Below are positions 10,260-20,800 of a stretch of DNA of 64,000 bases, one piece after another; position 1 is the stretch's first letter, and each line of letters opens with the position of its first letter. The notes under the pieces were generated by a model that was not told the DNA's origin, ran no database searches, and was given only the letters and a program-made list of their open reading frames with translations. The position numbers and the translations under genes were made by a program. This DNA comes from a virus (lineage: Duplodnaviria > Caudoviricetes), in the IMG/VR virus record IMGVR_UViG_3300028797_000108, positions 1 to 64,000 of that record; one strand, given 5' to 3'.

Positions 10260-10946
10260 ATGTCAGAACCATTAAAGCTTTTGAATGAAGATTATATTGC
10301 CGAACAGAAGACCATTGAGGAAGCTGTAAACGGCGAACATTTTATGTACATCACTGGTCCTTTCCTAGGTGCTGAAAAGAGAAACCGTAACGGCCGTATC
10401 TATAAGCGTTCCTTGATTGAAAGAGAAGTGAATAAGTTCCAGACAATGATTAGGAACTGCGAAGCGGTTGGTGAATTGTCACATCCTGACTCAGGAGAAA
10501 TCAACCCAGACCGCGCTGCTATTCTTATCACCGAATTGAAGATGGATGGCGACCTTGCTATCGGTAAGGCTCGTATTTTGCCGACACAGTGTGGTGAGAC
10601 TTTGAAGGGTCTTATCCGCGGTGGTGTTCACATGGGCGTATCTTCACGCGGTACTGGTTCTTTGGGCGCAGACAACGTTGTTTGTGAAGACTACAACCTT
10701 ATTACCATTGACGCCGTTTACATGCCATCTTGTCAGGATGCTTATGTGAACGCTGTTAACGAATCTACTCAATGGGTTCTTGATGAAAGCACTAACCTAT
10801 ACATTGAAAAGCGTGTTAAGGTTTACAATGCTCGTCAAGATTTTAATGCTGCCATTGACAAGGGTGGTTCTAAGGCTATTGCTGGCGCCTTCAAGCAGTA
10901 CATGAATGCAATTAAGGGCGTTGACCTCAAGGGAGTAAAGTTCTAA
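10260..10946 (+). CDS. Prohead core protease gp21
   Basis: GPFLGAEKRNRNGRIY, GELSHP, GVSSRGTGS, D.VYMPS. Confidence 0.95.
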   Translation: MSEPLKLLNEDYIAEQKTIEEAVNGEHFMYITGPFLGAEKRNRNGRIYKRSLIEREVNKFQTMIRNCEAVGELSHPDSGEINPDRAAILITELKMDGDLAIGKARILPTQCGETLKGLIRGGVHMGVSSRGTGSLGADNVVCEDYNLITIDAVYMPSCQDAYVNAVNESTQWVLDESTNLYIEKRVKVYNARQDFNAAIDKGGSKAIAGAFKQYMNAIKGVDLKGVKF

Positions 10947-11620
10947 TGGAATTGAATGAAGCATTGAAAACCCTTAAATCGGAAGGTTTCGTGGCTGAAG
11001 GATTTTTCGGTAATGCCTATACAAGATATAAGGCAAAGGTTCTGGCTGCCCTCAAGGATATCGGCGTTATCGTTCATGACCAGCAGAAACTAGAAGCATG
11101 GATTCGTGACTTCTTCGTTGACCGCTGTGATGTTGAAGACTGCATTCAGTCATGCCGCGAAAATATCAAGTCATTTGGCAAGAGGGCTCCTGTTGCCGAA
11201 GCCTTTATGCAGGATGACCGTGGCTCTGTGACAGAAGAAGAAATTGCCAATGCGATTGTCGCTAAGGTAGGTGCTGATGGAAACAAGTACTACCTTGACG
11301 CTGCTCGCTACATCGCAGCATTTTATGTCAGACAGTCAATGCCGAAGAATGGTATGGTAATGTGGGGTTCAAGAGACCTCAAATCATTCGTGGCAAGACA
11401 AGAAAAGGATGTTAAATCTGCTATCGCTTCAACTCGTTCAGTGATGCTTGGTAACCCCGAAACAAAAGCAGAATGGATTGAAAAGAACAAGCAAGAAATT
11501 CGTAGAGAACGTGCAGAAGCTGAAGAAAAGCGTCGCCAAGACTATTTGGCATCTGACGAATACAAGCGTTCACAAGACCCAGGTTGGCGTGGCCCTAACG
11601 GCACATGGTCAAACGACTAA
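10946..11620 (+). CDS. MELNEA-leader family protein (putative internal head protein)
   Basis: N-term MELNEALKTLKSEGFVAE; coupled to gp21. Confidence 0.6.
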   Translation: MELNEALKTLKSEGFVAEGFFGNAYTRYKAKVLAALKDIGVIVHDQQKLEAWIRDFFVDRCDVEDCIQSCRENIKSFGKRAPVAEAFMQDDRGSVTEEEIANAIVAKVGADGNKYYLDAARYIAAFYVRQSMPKNGMVMWGSRDLKSFVARQEKDVKSAIASTRSVMLGNPETKAEWIEKNKQEIRRERAEAEEKRRQDYLASDEYKRSQDPGWRGPNGTWSND

Positions 11621-11631
11621 GGAGTAATGAA

Positions 11632-11934
11632 ATGGAATTGAACGAAGCCAAGCAAAAGTTGAAGGAAAGCGGTGCTTTGGTAGAAGCTGTAAATGGTTCT
11701 ACAGACAATTCATGGTTTGAGATTTCAAAGAAGCATAGTGAAGAAGAGATTGATGAATTCGTTGATGAAATTTATCAGCATGTTGAACCTGATGTTGAAT
11801 CATCTTGGAGCAACATAACTGACCAAGTTTATCTTGAATTTAGCGACCATCTCTCTGGTGATGATGTTCTTAACATCTTTAAGATTGCCAAAGAACAAGG
11901 CATAACCATTACAGATTTTAGAATTCATTATTAA
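11632..11934 (+). CDS. MELNEA-leader family protein
   Basis: GGAG RBS then MELNEAKQKLKESGALVE. Confidence 0.6.
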   Translation: MELNEAKQKLKESGALVEAVNGSTDNSWFEISKKHSEEEIDEFVDEIYQHVEPDVESSWSNITDQVYLEFSDHLSGDDVLNIFKIAKEQGITITDFRIHY

Positions 11935-11944
11935 GGAACGACCT

Positions 11945-12322
11945 ATGGAGCTAAATGAAGCCCAGCAAATTTTGAATAAGGCCGGACTGGTGTGCGAAGC
12001 CATTCAAGACGGCCCAGATCCTTAACTTACTAAATCGCTAAAGAAAGAATTTCAAACAGGCATGCCTGACGGTTGCTTAGTAAAGCAAGTATTTGCTGCA
12101 AACGGTGAAGCGGTCATTCGCTTTGCAGGTTATCCTAGAAGTTCAAGGCTAGAAGTTATATGGGAATACGCTGATTATCGTCACGGCGAGGATGGTACCT
12201 ACGCAATTATCATTAACAGCAAGGAAGTTCATGAAGGCGTTGCTGCTGATGTTACTGACCTAGTAAAACAGGTTCGTGATTTCTTCGCGCCTTCCTATTG
12301 GTTCACAAAAAGAACCCGCTAA
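11945..12322 (+). pseudogene. MELNEA-leader family gene interrupted by an in-frame TAA (12023-12025)
   Basis: MELNEAQQILNKAGLVCEAIQDGPDP* continues in the same frame as LTKSLKKEFQTG into ORF 12062..12322. Confidence 0.7.
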
Positions 12323-12374
12323 TAAGTTTATAAATACTATACTTAAAATCATTGTTAAATACAAGAGGTGAAAA

Positions 12375-12839
12375 ATGAATCGTGAAGATGAATTGTTTAT
12401 CGCAAAGAAGACTGCTGAACGTGCTGGATATAAGGTGACTATGCCGGCTCCAGGTGCAGAAGCTCCGGCTGACGCACCAGCAACAAAACCGGGCATCCGT
12501 CACATGTCTCGTGCTGAATACGAAGCACGCAAGAATGGACAGCCTGTTCCGTCATTCGCTGACCGTCTAGACCGTTTGGCACAGGCTGCAAGAACAGCAG
12601 AAGAAGCTGGTTATCGCATTCGCAAGATGACACCGGCTGACCGCGCTGCTCAAGCCGCTCCGGCTGCACCGGCACCCGCTGCTGCGTCAGCACCTGCCGC
12701 AACACCAGCCGCTCCGCCTGCAGAAGCTGCTCCGGCAACACCGCCTGCAGAAGCTGCACCAGCACCAGCACCGGAAGAAAAGAAGTATCCGTCTTTCATG
12801 CAGAACGCAACTCGCTTTATGCCTCCGAAAGAAGACTAA
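12375..12839 (+). CDS. Ala/Pro-rich late protein with two A..AE.AGY.[VI] motifs
   Basis: Late promoter at 12329; IAKKTAERAGYKV and AARTAEEAGYRI; PPAEAAPA repeats. Confidence 0.6.
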   Translation: MNREDELFIAKKTAERAGYKVTMPAPGAEAPADAPATKPGIRHMSRAEYEARKNGQPVPSFADRLDRLAQAARTAEEAGYRIRKMTPADRAAQAAPAAPAPAAASAPAATPAAPPAEAAPATPPAEAAPAPAPEEKKYPSFMQNATRFMPPKED

Positions 12840-12859
12840 TTAAGCGTGTTAATTTTCAC

Positions 12860-12888
12860 AGGACTGCCTAATCACAGGCGGTCCTTTT
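12860..12888 (+). terminator. Rho-independent terminator
   Basis: AGGACTGCCT...AGGCGGTCCT plus TTT. Confidence 0.7.
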
Positions 12889-12977
12889 CTGTCTGCAACC
12901 TTATAAATAAATCACCGAATACGATAAAGATAAGTATTTGACGTGAATTTATTAGAAAGGTAAAAAGAGGTTAATTT

Positions 12978-15458
12978 ATGGTCACAAACATCACTAAGCG
13001 TGACGGGCGTAGAAGAAAGTTCAGTATTACCAAAATATCCAGTGCTATAGAAGCAGCGTTTAAAGAAACCGAAGAAAAATATACTGACGAAGACCTTGAC
13101 CGCCTTGTTCAAACTGTTGTTGATGAAATTTCAAAAGATGGAGCCAAAACCGTTAAGGTAGAAGATATTCAAAATGTTATTGAAAAGACATTGATGAATT
13201 TTGGGTTCCACGACACTGCAAAGCAGTTTATCCTATACCGTGAAGAACGAAATCGTGTTAGAGATACCAAATCTGACATCGTTAAGACAATTAAAGAAAT
13301 CACTGAAAGCAACCTCAAGAGCTCAAACATCCTACGAGACAATGCTAACGAATCTGGAGCAACTCCAGCGGGAGCATACGGCAAAATTGCATCTGAAACC
13401 AACAAGATGTATAACTTGCTGAACAACATTGATAGGAAATATGCGATTGAACATAAGGACGGAGCAATTCATATTCATGACTTGAACCAGTATAACCTTA
13501 CATTCAACTGCTTGTTTGCTCCAGTAGGCAAATTGCTTAGACATGGCTTTGACTCAGGTACCGGCTTCCTTCGTGCACCGCAGTCAATTCAAACAGCAGC
13601 AGCCTTGACAGCAGTGATTTTGCAGTTGCAGTCAAATCAGCAGTTCGGCGGTATTGCCGACGACAACATTGACTTTGACCTTGCACCGTTTGTAGATTTA
13701 TCATTCAAGAAAAACCTTAAAACTGAGTTAATCCGCTACGAAGAATATAGCGGCTCGCCTGCATGCGCCGGTGATATGGATAAGCTCTTGAAGACTGTTT
13801 CCATGAACCAGCCAGTTGAACGCCTAAACATGCTCTTCCCTCATAAGTGTGTTGAAAAGGCTATCAAGAAAACAGACGATGATACCCATCAGGCTATGGA
13901 AGGCCTAATCGGCAACTTGAACTCACTACAGTCACGTTCAGGCAACCAGGTTCCGTTCTCATCACTGAACTTTGGTCTTGATACATCAAATTGCGGACGA
14001 ATGGTTTCGGCTAACCTTATCCGTTCACAGATGGAAGGCTTGGGTGATGGCTTGACAGCAATCTTCCCGATTTTGATTTTCAAGTTGATGAAGGGATATA
14101 CCAAGAACCCTGAAGATCCTAACTATGACTTGTATCAGAGGTCGCTTGAATGTTTGGCAAGACGCTTCTATCCGAACTTTGTTCGTGTTGACTCGTCATT
14201 CAACGCTCCGTATGTCAAGTATCGTGAAAAGATCATTGATGTCAAGGGCGTGCTTTCACTTGAATTAAAGGTGAGAGGTAGGGACGAAGTTGAACAAGTA
14301 TTCGTAAATGAAGATGTTGTCTTTGACCAGCCTAAATATGAATTTGAAGTTGGTACTGGTGAGTACTGGGAAATTGCCGCTATTGAGAACGGCATGTTGA
14401 AATTGAGAAAGCTCATTGAGAACACCACTGTTTCAACGATGGGTTGCCGCACTCGTGTTTTGGGCAACATCAATGGCGCTGAACAAACAACCGGCCGTGG
14501 AAACCTTGCATTCCACACCATCAACCTTCCGCGCTTGGCTATTGAAGCGCACATGGCTGCTGATACGGTTGAAGAAAGAAAAGCAATCTTCTTTGAAAAG
14601 CTTCAGAACATTCTTCAAGATGTTAAAGGAAGCCTCCTTGATAGGTTCGCTCTCATTTCAAAGAAAACATACGAATCTTACCCATTCACAATGCAGCAAG
14701 GTCTGTATCTCACATCTGATGATGAACCGCACGATGTCACTGACACGGTCGGGGAAGTATTCCGCCAGGGATCTTTGTCAATTGGTTATGTGGGCATTGC
14801 GGAAGTGGTGACACTCATCACTGGTAAGACATGGGGCGTTGACCACGACATTGACGATTTCGCTTTGAGCATCGTTAAGACGATTCGTAAGTTCTGTGAT
14901 GAACAGCAGAAGGAAACTCACTTGAACTGGTCTTGTTTCGCAACACCTGCAGAAGCAGTCGCAGGCAGATTCGCAAACATTGACAAGAACAAGTTTGAAA
15001 ATGAGAAAAAGCTAAAGGATGTGGATTTGTATCGTATCTTTGGCAAGGGCTATTACACGAACTCGCATATGATTGATTATTCAGTCAATACATCACTCGT
15101 GAACAAGCTCAAGACAGAGGCTCCATTCCACAAGTTAACGAATGCTGGACACATTTTCTACTACAAACTGAATGGTGACCTCAGCAAGAACATTGACGCC
15201 GTTAAACACGTGATTGATGCGATGTATGACGCCGACCTTGGCTACTTCACTGTCACTATGGACTCAGATGACTGTCTAGAATGTGGTTTCCACGGCATCA
15301 TCAACGATGCTTGCCCTAAGTGCGGTTGCAAGAATGAAGATAAGTTCGTTCGTGTTCGCCGTATCACAGGCTACTTGACCGGTTCTCCAAGAAAGTCAAT
15401 TACCAAATCATGGAATGATGGTAAGCTTGCTGAATTGAGAGATAGGCACAACATTTAA
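12978..15458 (+). CDS. nrdD: Anaerobic (class III) ribonucleoside-triphosphate reductase
   Basis: ATP-cone (ITKRDGR), IHIHDL, TFNC, MGCRT, GRGNL, ATPAE, YYTNS, CLECG..CPKCG, glycyl-radical motif RRITGYL. Confidence 0.96.
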   Translation: MVTNITKRDGRRRKFSITKISSAIEAAFKETEEKYTDEDLDRLVQTVVDEISKDGAKTVKVEDIQNVIEKTLMNFGFHDTAKQFILYREERNRVRDTKSDIVKTIKEITESNLKSSNILRDNANESGATPAGAYGKIASETNKMYNLLNNIDRKYAIEHKDGAIHIHDLNQYNLTFNCLFAPVGKLLRHGFDSGTGFLRAPQSIQTAAALTAVILQLQSNQQFGGIADDNIDFDLAPFVDLSFKKNLKTELIRYEEYSGSPACAGDMDKLLKTVSMNQPVERLNMLFPHKCVEKAIKKTDDDTHQAMEGLIGNLNSLQSRSGNQVPFSSLNFGLDTSNCGRMVSANLIRSQMEGLGDGLTAIFPILIFKLMKGYTKNPEDPNYDLYQRSLECLARRFYPNFVRVDSSFNAPYVKYREKIIDVKGVLSLELKVRGRDEVEQVFVNEDVVFDQPKYEFEVGTGEYWEIAAIENGMLKLRKLIENTTVSTMGCRTRVLGNINGAEQTTGRGNLAFHTINLPRLAIEAHMAADTVEERKAIFFEKLQNILQDVKGSLLDRFALISKKTYESYPFTMQQGLYLTSDDEPHDVTDTVGEVFRQGSLSIGYVGIAEVVTLITGKTWGVDHDIDDFALSIVKTIRKFCDEQQKETHLNWSCFATPAEAVAGRFANIDKNKFENEKKLKDVDLYRIFGKGYYTNSHMIDYSVNTSLVNKLKTEAPFHKLTNAGHIFYYKLNGDLSKNIDAVKHVIDAMYDADLGYFTVTMDSDDCLECGFHGIINDACPKCGCKNEDKFVRVRRITGYLTGSPRKSITKSWNDGKLAELRDRHNI

Positions 15459-15464
15459 TACCAC

Positions 15465-15492
15465 GGAGGGCTAGGAAACTGGCCCTCCCTTT
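15465..15492 (+). terminator. Rho-independent terminator
   Basis: GGAGGGCTAG-gaaa-CTGGCCCTCC plus CTTT. Confidence 0.7.
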
Positions 15493-15583
15493 ATGTATAG
15501 ATAAAATATGGGGTCAGTCTATTGACTTGGCCTTAGATTTTGTTTATTTTAATTTCAACCAATTCATAAAAAGGAGATAACAC

Positions 15584-17395
15584 ATGAAGTTGTTAAAATG
15601 GCTCGCCGTGCTTATCTTGCTTTGTATGTCCGCAGGCATTTGTGCCCCGTTGGCAGAAGGAGCAACTAAGTTCGTCGGAAACATCACCACTAATGGTCAA
15701 GTCCGTTCTGACTTCGGTCAGTACTGGAACCAAATCACTGCTGAAAATGAATGCAAGTGGGCTTCCATTGAAGGCACACAAGGTCGTTATAATTGGAGTG
15801 GATGCGATGCCGCATATAATTGGGCAAAGCAGAACAATGCTCACTTCAAATTTCACGCCCTTGTTTGGGGTTCTCAATATCCCAATTGGCTGAATGGAAA
15901 ATCCGCTGCTGACACAAAGACAGCTATTACGAACTGGATGGATGCGGTAAAGAATCATTACCCAGATCTTGAAATGATAGATGTGGTCAATGAAGCAATT
16001 AAAACAAACGACGGCAAATATCACTCAGCCTACGGACCGCAGGGCAACAATAATATAATAGCAGCGCTTGGCGGAGATAACGGCAATTATGAATTTGTGA
16101 CTACTGCATTTAAGATGGCTCGTGAACGCTGGCCTGATGCGATTTTGATTTATAATGACTATAATACCGTTCAGTGGCAGAAGAATGAAGGTATTGACCT
16201 CATCAATAAGATTAAGGCTGCGGGAGCTCCGGTAGACGCATACGGCCTACAGGCACACGACATGCAGAAGGCCGGTGGCGGTAATGGCGGTACTGGCGGT
16301 GGCGGATCTTGTTTAGACATTAACACACTGAAGTCTGCTATTGAAGAAATCTGGAATAAGACCCAGATGCCGATGTTCATCTCCGAATATGATATTGCTA
16401 CCGAAGATGACAATGACCAGAAGAACTGCTATGAACAGCAGATTTCTTACTTTATGGAAAATGAGCACATCGCAGGTATCACCCTCTGGGGCTACATCTA
16501 TGGCTCAACTTGGACTACCAACGGTAACTCCGGCATTATTAAGAATGGAAATGATCGTCCTGCTATGACATGGCTAAAATCTTATTTGCCATCTCACCCA
16601 GGTCAGAACTCAACCGGCTTGCCTACAGGTGAGGGCGGTACTATCGTTGAACCCGAACCGCAGAAACCATTTAAGGGCGAAGCATTTAACCTTGCATTCC
16701 CGATTGAAGCAGAAGACTTTGACATCCCAGGAAAGGGCGCCGGTAATAATTCATATTCAGTCAGCGGTGACTGTAATGATACATGGAACACAACATACCG
16801 TGCTGGCACATCTGTAAAGATTGGCGATAAGAATGGCGGTATGGTGATTGGATGTAATGCAACAGGCAACTACTACCAGTATACCATCAAGGTTCCTGAA
16901 GCAGGCAATTATATTGTGTATGCAACAGTGGCTGCGGAAGGCGATGGCGCTATTCTGTTTAAGGTTGGCAACAAGGCAGTGTCTGATACAATGAAGTTCA
17001 CTGGAGACTCATGGTCTAAGTTTGAAAAGATTAAGGGACAGGCAACATTCAGCGCTGCTGGTGAACAGATCTTGACCCTTGAAATTGCTCAAGGCTACAT
17101 TGATGTTGACAACTTCGAGTTCGCAGTAACTGACTGTGCTCCGGGTGATGCTCTTTGCGGAGGCCCATCATACAACTGTGATGCTTATCCTGATGATCCT
17201 ATGTGTAAGACTGTGTGGATTGACTTCAACAAGGCAGACGCTGAATTGCTGAACTTTGAAGTATATGATCCTTCTGGCAAATACCACGGTGCTTTACAGG
17301 GTATGACTGCAACTGACGCAGTAAGATACTCGAAGTTGAGCCCAGGTATCTACCTAATGAAAGTTAACGGCTCTTGGAAGACCGTAATTAAGTAA
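15584..17395 (+). CDS. Secreted GH10 endo-1,4-beta-xylanase with CBM6-like module and Fibrobacter-type C-terminal domain
   Basis: Signal peptide; ITAENECKW, HALVWGSQ, DVVNE (acid/base Glu), YNDYN, GLQAH, ISEYD (nucleophile Glu), ITLWG; CBM6-like IEAEDFD; C-term VYD..GK...GIYL.K. Confidence 0.92.
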   Translation: MKLLKWLAVLILLCMSAGICAPLAEGATKFVGNITTNGQVRSDFGQYWNQITAENECKWASIEGTQGRYNWSGCDAAYNWAKQNNAHFKFHALVWGSQYPNWLNGKSAADTKTAITNWMDAVKNHYPDLEMIDVVNEAIKTNDGKYHSAYGPQGNNNIIAALGGDNGNYEFVTTAFKMARERWPDAILIYNDYNTVQWQKNEGIDLINKIKAAGAPVDAYGLQAHDMQKAGGGNGGTGGGGSCLDINTLKSAIEEIWNKTQMPMFISEYDIATEDDNDQKNCYEQQISYFMENEHIAGITLWGYIYGSTWTTNGNSGIIKNGNDRPAMTWLKSYLPSHPGQNSTGLPTGEGGTIVEPEPQKPFKGEAFNLAFPIEAEDFDIPGKGAGNNSYSVSGDCNDTWNTTYRAGTSVKIGDKNGGMVIGCNATGNYYQYTIKVPEAGNYIVYATVAAEGDGAILFKVGNKAVSDTMKFTGDSWSKFEKIKGQATFSAAGEQILTLEIAQGYIDVDNFEFAVTDCAPGDALCGGPSYNCDAYPDDPMCKTVWIDFNKADAELLNFEVYDPSGKYHGALQGMTATDAVRYSKLSPGIYLMKVNGSWKTVIK

Positions 17396-17401
17396 TATAC
17401 C

Positions 17402-17426
17402 AGAGCCCATTTCGGTGGGCTCTTTT
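17402..17426 (+). terminator. Rho-independent terminator
   Basis: AGAGCCCA-tttcgg-TGGGCTCT plus TTT. Confidence 0.8.
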
Positions 17427-17526
17427 ATAGTCTTGTCTTTTAGAAACTTTATTTGAAAAAACCATTTACATTATCGTCAAATGTTATTATTTTATTACGC
17501 AAACTTGAAAGCCCAGCGAGGTATGA

Positions 17527-17775
17527 ATGAATGAAACTATGTTAATCTTAAATGCAGCAGCCAATGCGGGAAACGGAGCTGCATTCGTCACATCAATGGA
17601 AACGCTTGCGTGTGTTGCCGGCATCGCTGTGGTTGCGGTTGTTTTGGGTATAGCAGCGCTTTTCTTTATATGGGATTTTCTGGCTGAATTGTTTGGCAAG
17701 CAAGAGGACGAGTATGACATGTATTATCCGCATGAACCGCCAAACATTAAAAAAGGTCCAGATGCGAAAAAGTAA
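17527..17775 (+). CDS. Small single-pass membrane protein
   Basis: Hydrophobic stretch LACVAGIAVVAVVLGIAALFFIW; GAGG RBS. Confidence 0.6.
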   Translation: MNETMLILNAAANAGNGAAFVTSMETLACVAGIAVVAVVLGIAALFFIWDFLAELFGKQEDEYDMYYPHEPPNIKKGPDAKK

Positions 17776-17804
17776 CGAATAAATATCAAAGAAGGTAATG
17801 ATAA

Positions 17805-20800
17805 ATGAAGAAAATCTTATTCTACATAATGGCGGTTTTGATAGCAGGCGCAGGTGCGGCTGACTACAGACCATTCACATTTGAAAATGTAGCCACTGAC
17901 ACTGTCTCTCAACAGGCGGAATTTGACTACATGCTTCAATACAAGCTATATGGCACGGACTATATCAAGATGGGTCGCCGTGTCATCATTCCTGATAAGT
18001 CGGGATGGAACGGTTCAAGCGGACCGATTACATCTGCTGAACAAATCAGCCTTGGTGGTCCCGTGCTTACGGATAGCACCATCACATTGGGTGATGGATG
18101 TAAGTTCACAACTGGACCTATTCGTGCTAAGTCACTGACAACAGGAAACGATAACGGCGAAGCTCTGTTCGCTGGCAAGATCTGTTTGGCTAATGCTCCG
18201 ACTGGACAGATAACCACAGGTATTAACAGAGGTGAAGGAACCTTGTCTTGCGACTCCGTTCCTCCTGCTCCGGTCACATTGAAGATGCCTACTATCGTCT
18301 GGCCTGCAGACGGTTATCAAGAAGACATTATCTTGACTGAAAATAACCAAGCCGATACCATTCATGTTCCAGAAGGTGAAGGACAATATGACCTTTACTT
18401 TAAGAACATTCATACATGCGTTGGTGGTAAGAACGGATGTAAGATTTACATTCAGATGGAGAAGAACCGTCTAACAAGAATTTTCGTTGACTCATTGTTC
18501 ATCGGTAACCATACCACAATAAGCGTTATTCTTGGAGACTCCGTTTTGCCGCAGAGCAAATACCGCGGTAATGTGCTTATCTATTCAAACAAGGACATCA
18601 TCTTTGATAACACTGACAATGTGCCTATCCAAGGCTCATATATCACAACCTCAAAGATTTACCTAAAATGTAACCTTGACTTCTCAGGTCAGTTGCTTGC
18701 TAACCAGCTTGAAATCGGTGATGACTTCAAGGGTGAGAATTTCCACTTCGTGAAGTATGACCCCGATACTCTTGACTTCCCAGAATTGAATAAGCAGGGT
18801 GGTTTGAGAGAAAATGATAGCACCGTAATTATTCCTATTCAGTTAAGCGATACATCAACGATTGATGTATTCTTTACATACTGCTTTGACCTGAAGGACG
18901 GCGTCACTATTGAAGACTTTAACCAGCCGCCATTCATACCGATTTGTGGTGATACTGCTATCACAACGAAAATTCCTATCGGCGGAAAGGCACCTATTGA
19001 CACAATTAAGGTCAATGTAAAGAAGGATACGATTGTTGAACCAAATGACTATCTGATTATGCACATTGATAGCATTACAGGTGCGGTCTTGCCAAACGGC
19101 GAAACATCAGGTGAGTTGAAAATCAAGATCATTGATGCTGAGGCTGCAAAGAACACATCGGTGGTCCTTGACAAGACAGATACAATTAAGACATATCAAG
19201 AAGAATTGCGTATTCCTCCTGGAACCGGCATTGTAGGCAATATCAAATATACAGATGATGGCCTCGCACCGCTTATCTGGAGCATTGAAGATCCTAGCGG
19301 ATTGTTCACTGTTGTGGACGGCGTGATTAAGACAAATCATGTGTTTGACTACGAAACCGAAGATACCATATATGTTGTAAAGATTAAGGTTGAAGATGGT
19401 GAATTTGCGGACAGCGCTAATTATACCATCAAGATCACAAACATTGATGAACCGATTACGGTCACAGGTAAGGTTGACCCAGTTTATGAAAACTCAGAAC
19501 TTGGAACACCTATTGGCGTCATTACGGGTGTAGATGCCGACAGCACCGCGGTAACTTACACCATTAACACAACAGATTTCAAGATTGACCCGGTCACTGG
19601 CGTAATCACAACTAACACATTGCTTGATTATGAAACCAAAACATCATATCCTGTTAAGGTGACAGCAACATCAACAGATGGTTCTAAAAAGGATACTAGC
19701 TTCGTCATCAAGGTATTGAATGTTAATGAGCCTGTTCATGTAAGGGACACAACCTTCAGCGTTGATGAAGGAAAGGTCGGCGATTTAGGTAAAGTAATAG
19801 CGGAGGACGAAGATGGAGACCCTATTAAATTTACTGTCAGCAATACTGATGATTATCGCATCGATAGCACTGGGAAACTTACCCTGGTGACACCTTTTGA
19901 TTACGAAACGAAGAAGGCAGATACTGTCACGGTTTATGTGACAGATGGAACCTTCAAAGATTCGGCAAAGGTTATCATCAAGGTGAACAATGTCAATGAA
20001 GACCCGAAACTACAACCAAATGACTCGCTCACTGTTCCTGAAAATTGTAAGAGCTGCATTGTAGGCATCATTACAGCGATTGACCCAGACAAGGACCCAA
20101 TCAAGTATGATGTAATTCAGCCTGGCTTTGCGATTGACAGTAACGGCGTGTTGAAATTGACTGAACCGCTTGATTTTGAAACAACACCAGAAGTTAAGAT
20201 TACGGTTATTGCCAAGGATCCTAATGGAGGTGCAGATACAGCGATTTATGTCGTGAAGGTCACTGACATTAATGAACCTGTGCATACAAAAGATACCACA
20301 TGTTCTGTAAAGGAGAATTACACCGGCAAGGTCTGTAAGGTGACTGGAACTGACGAGGATAAGACACCTCCGAAATTCATTATCACCGACACCACAAATT
20401 ATTCTATAGACTCAACAGGCGTTATCACAATTAAGAACCCAATTGACTATGAGAAGAAAACAAAGGACACTGTAAAGGTTATCGTCACAGACGGTGAATT
20501 TGCAGATACCGCAACTATCATAATCAGGGTACTTGATGAACCTGAAACAGTCGAGATTACAAAGTGGGACGACGAAAAGCCAAAGGATACCGTAAAGACC
20601 AATGATCCTGACCACCGTTTTGAATGGCAGGTATGCGAAGGTGACACATGTAATGGTCACATCGAGACACCTCATATCAAGAAGGACACAGTCATTAAGG
20701 TATGTAATGATAAGAAGACCGTTTGTGACTCAATTGTCGTTCTGTTCAATGATGCTCCTCCGGTAGTGACATTGACCAATGCAAAGAGCACTGACGCTTT

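Noticed and set aside
12023-12025. Genome-wide stop-codon reassignment
   Set aside because: TAA ends most genes and long genes are intact in the standard code; this is an isolated event
14220-14423. NrdD insertion as a mini-intein
   Set aside because: No Cys/Ser block A start and no HN-C/S/T block G; too short
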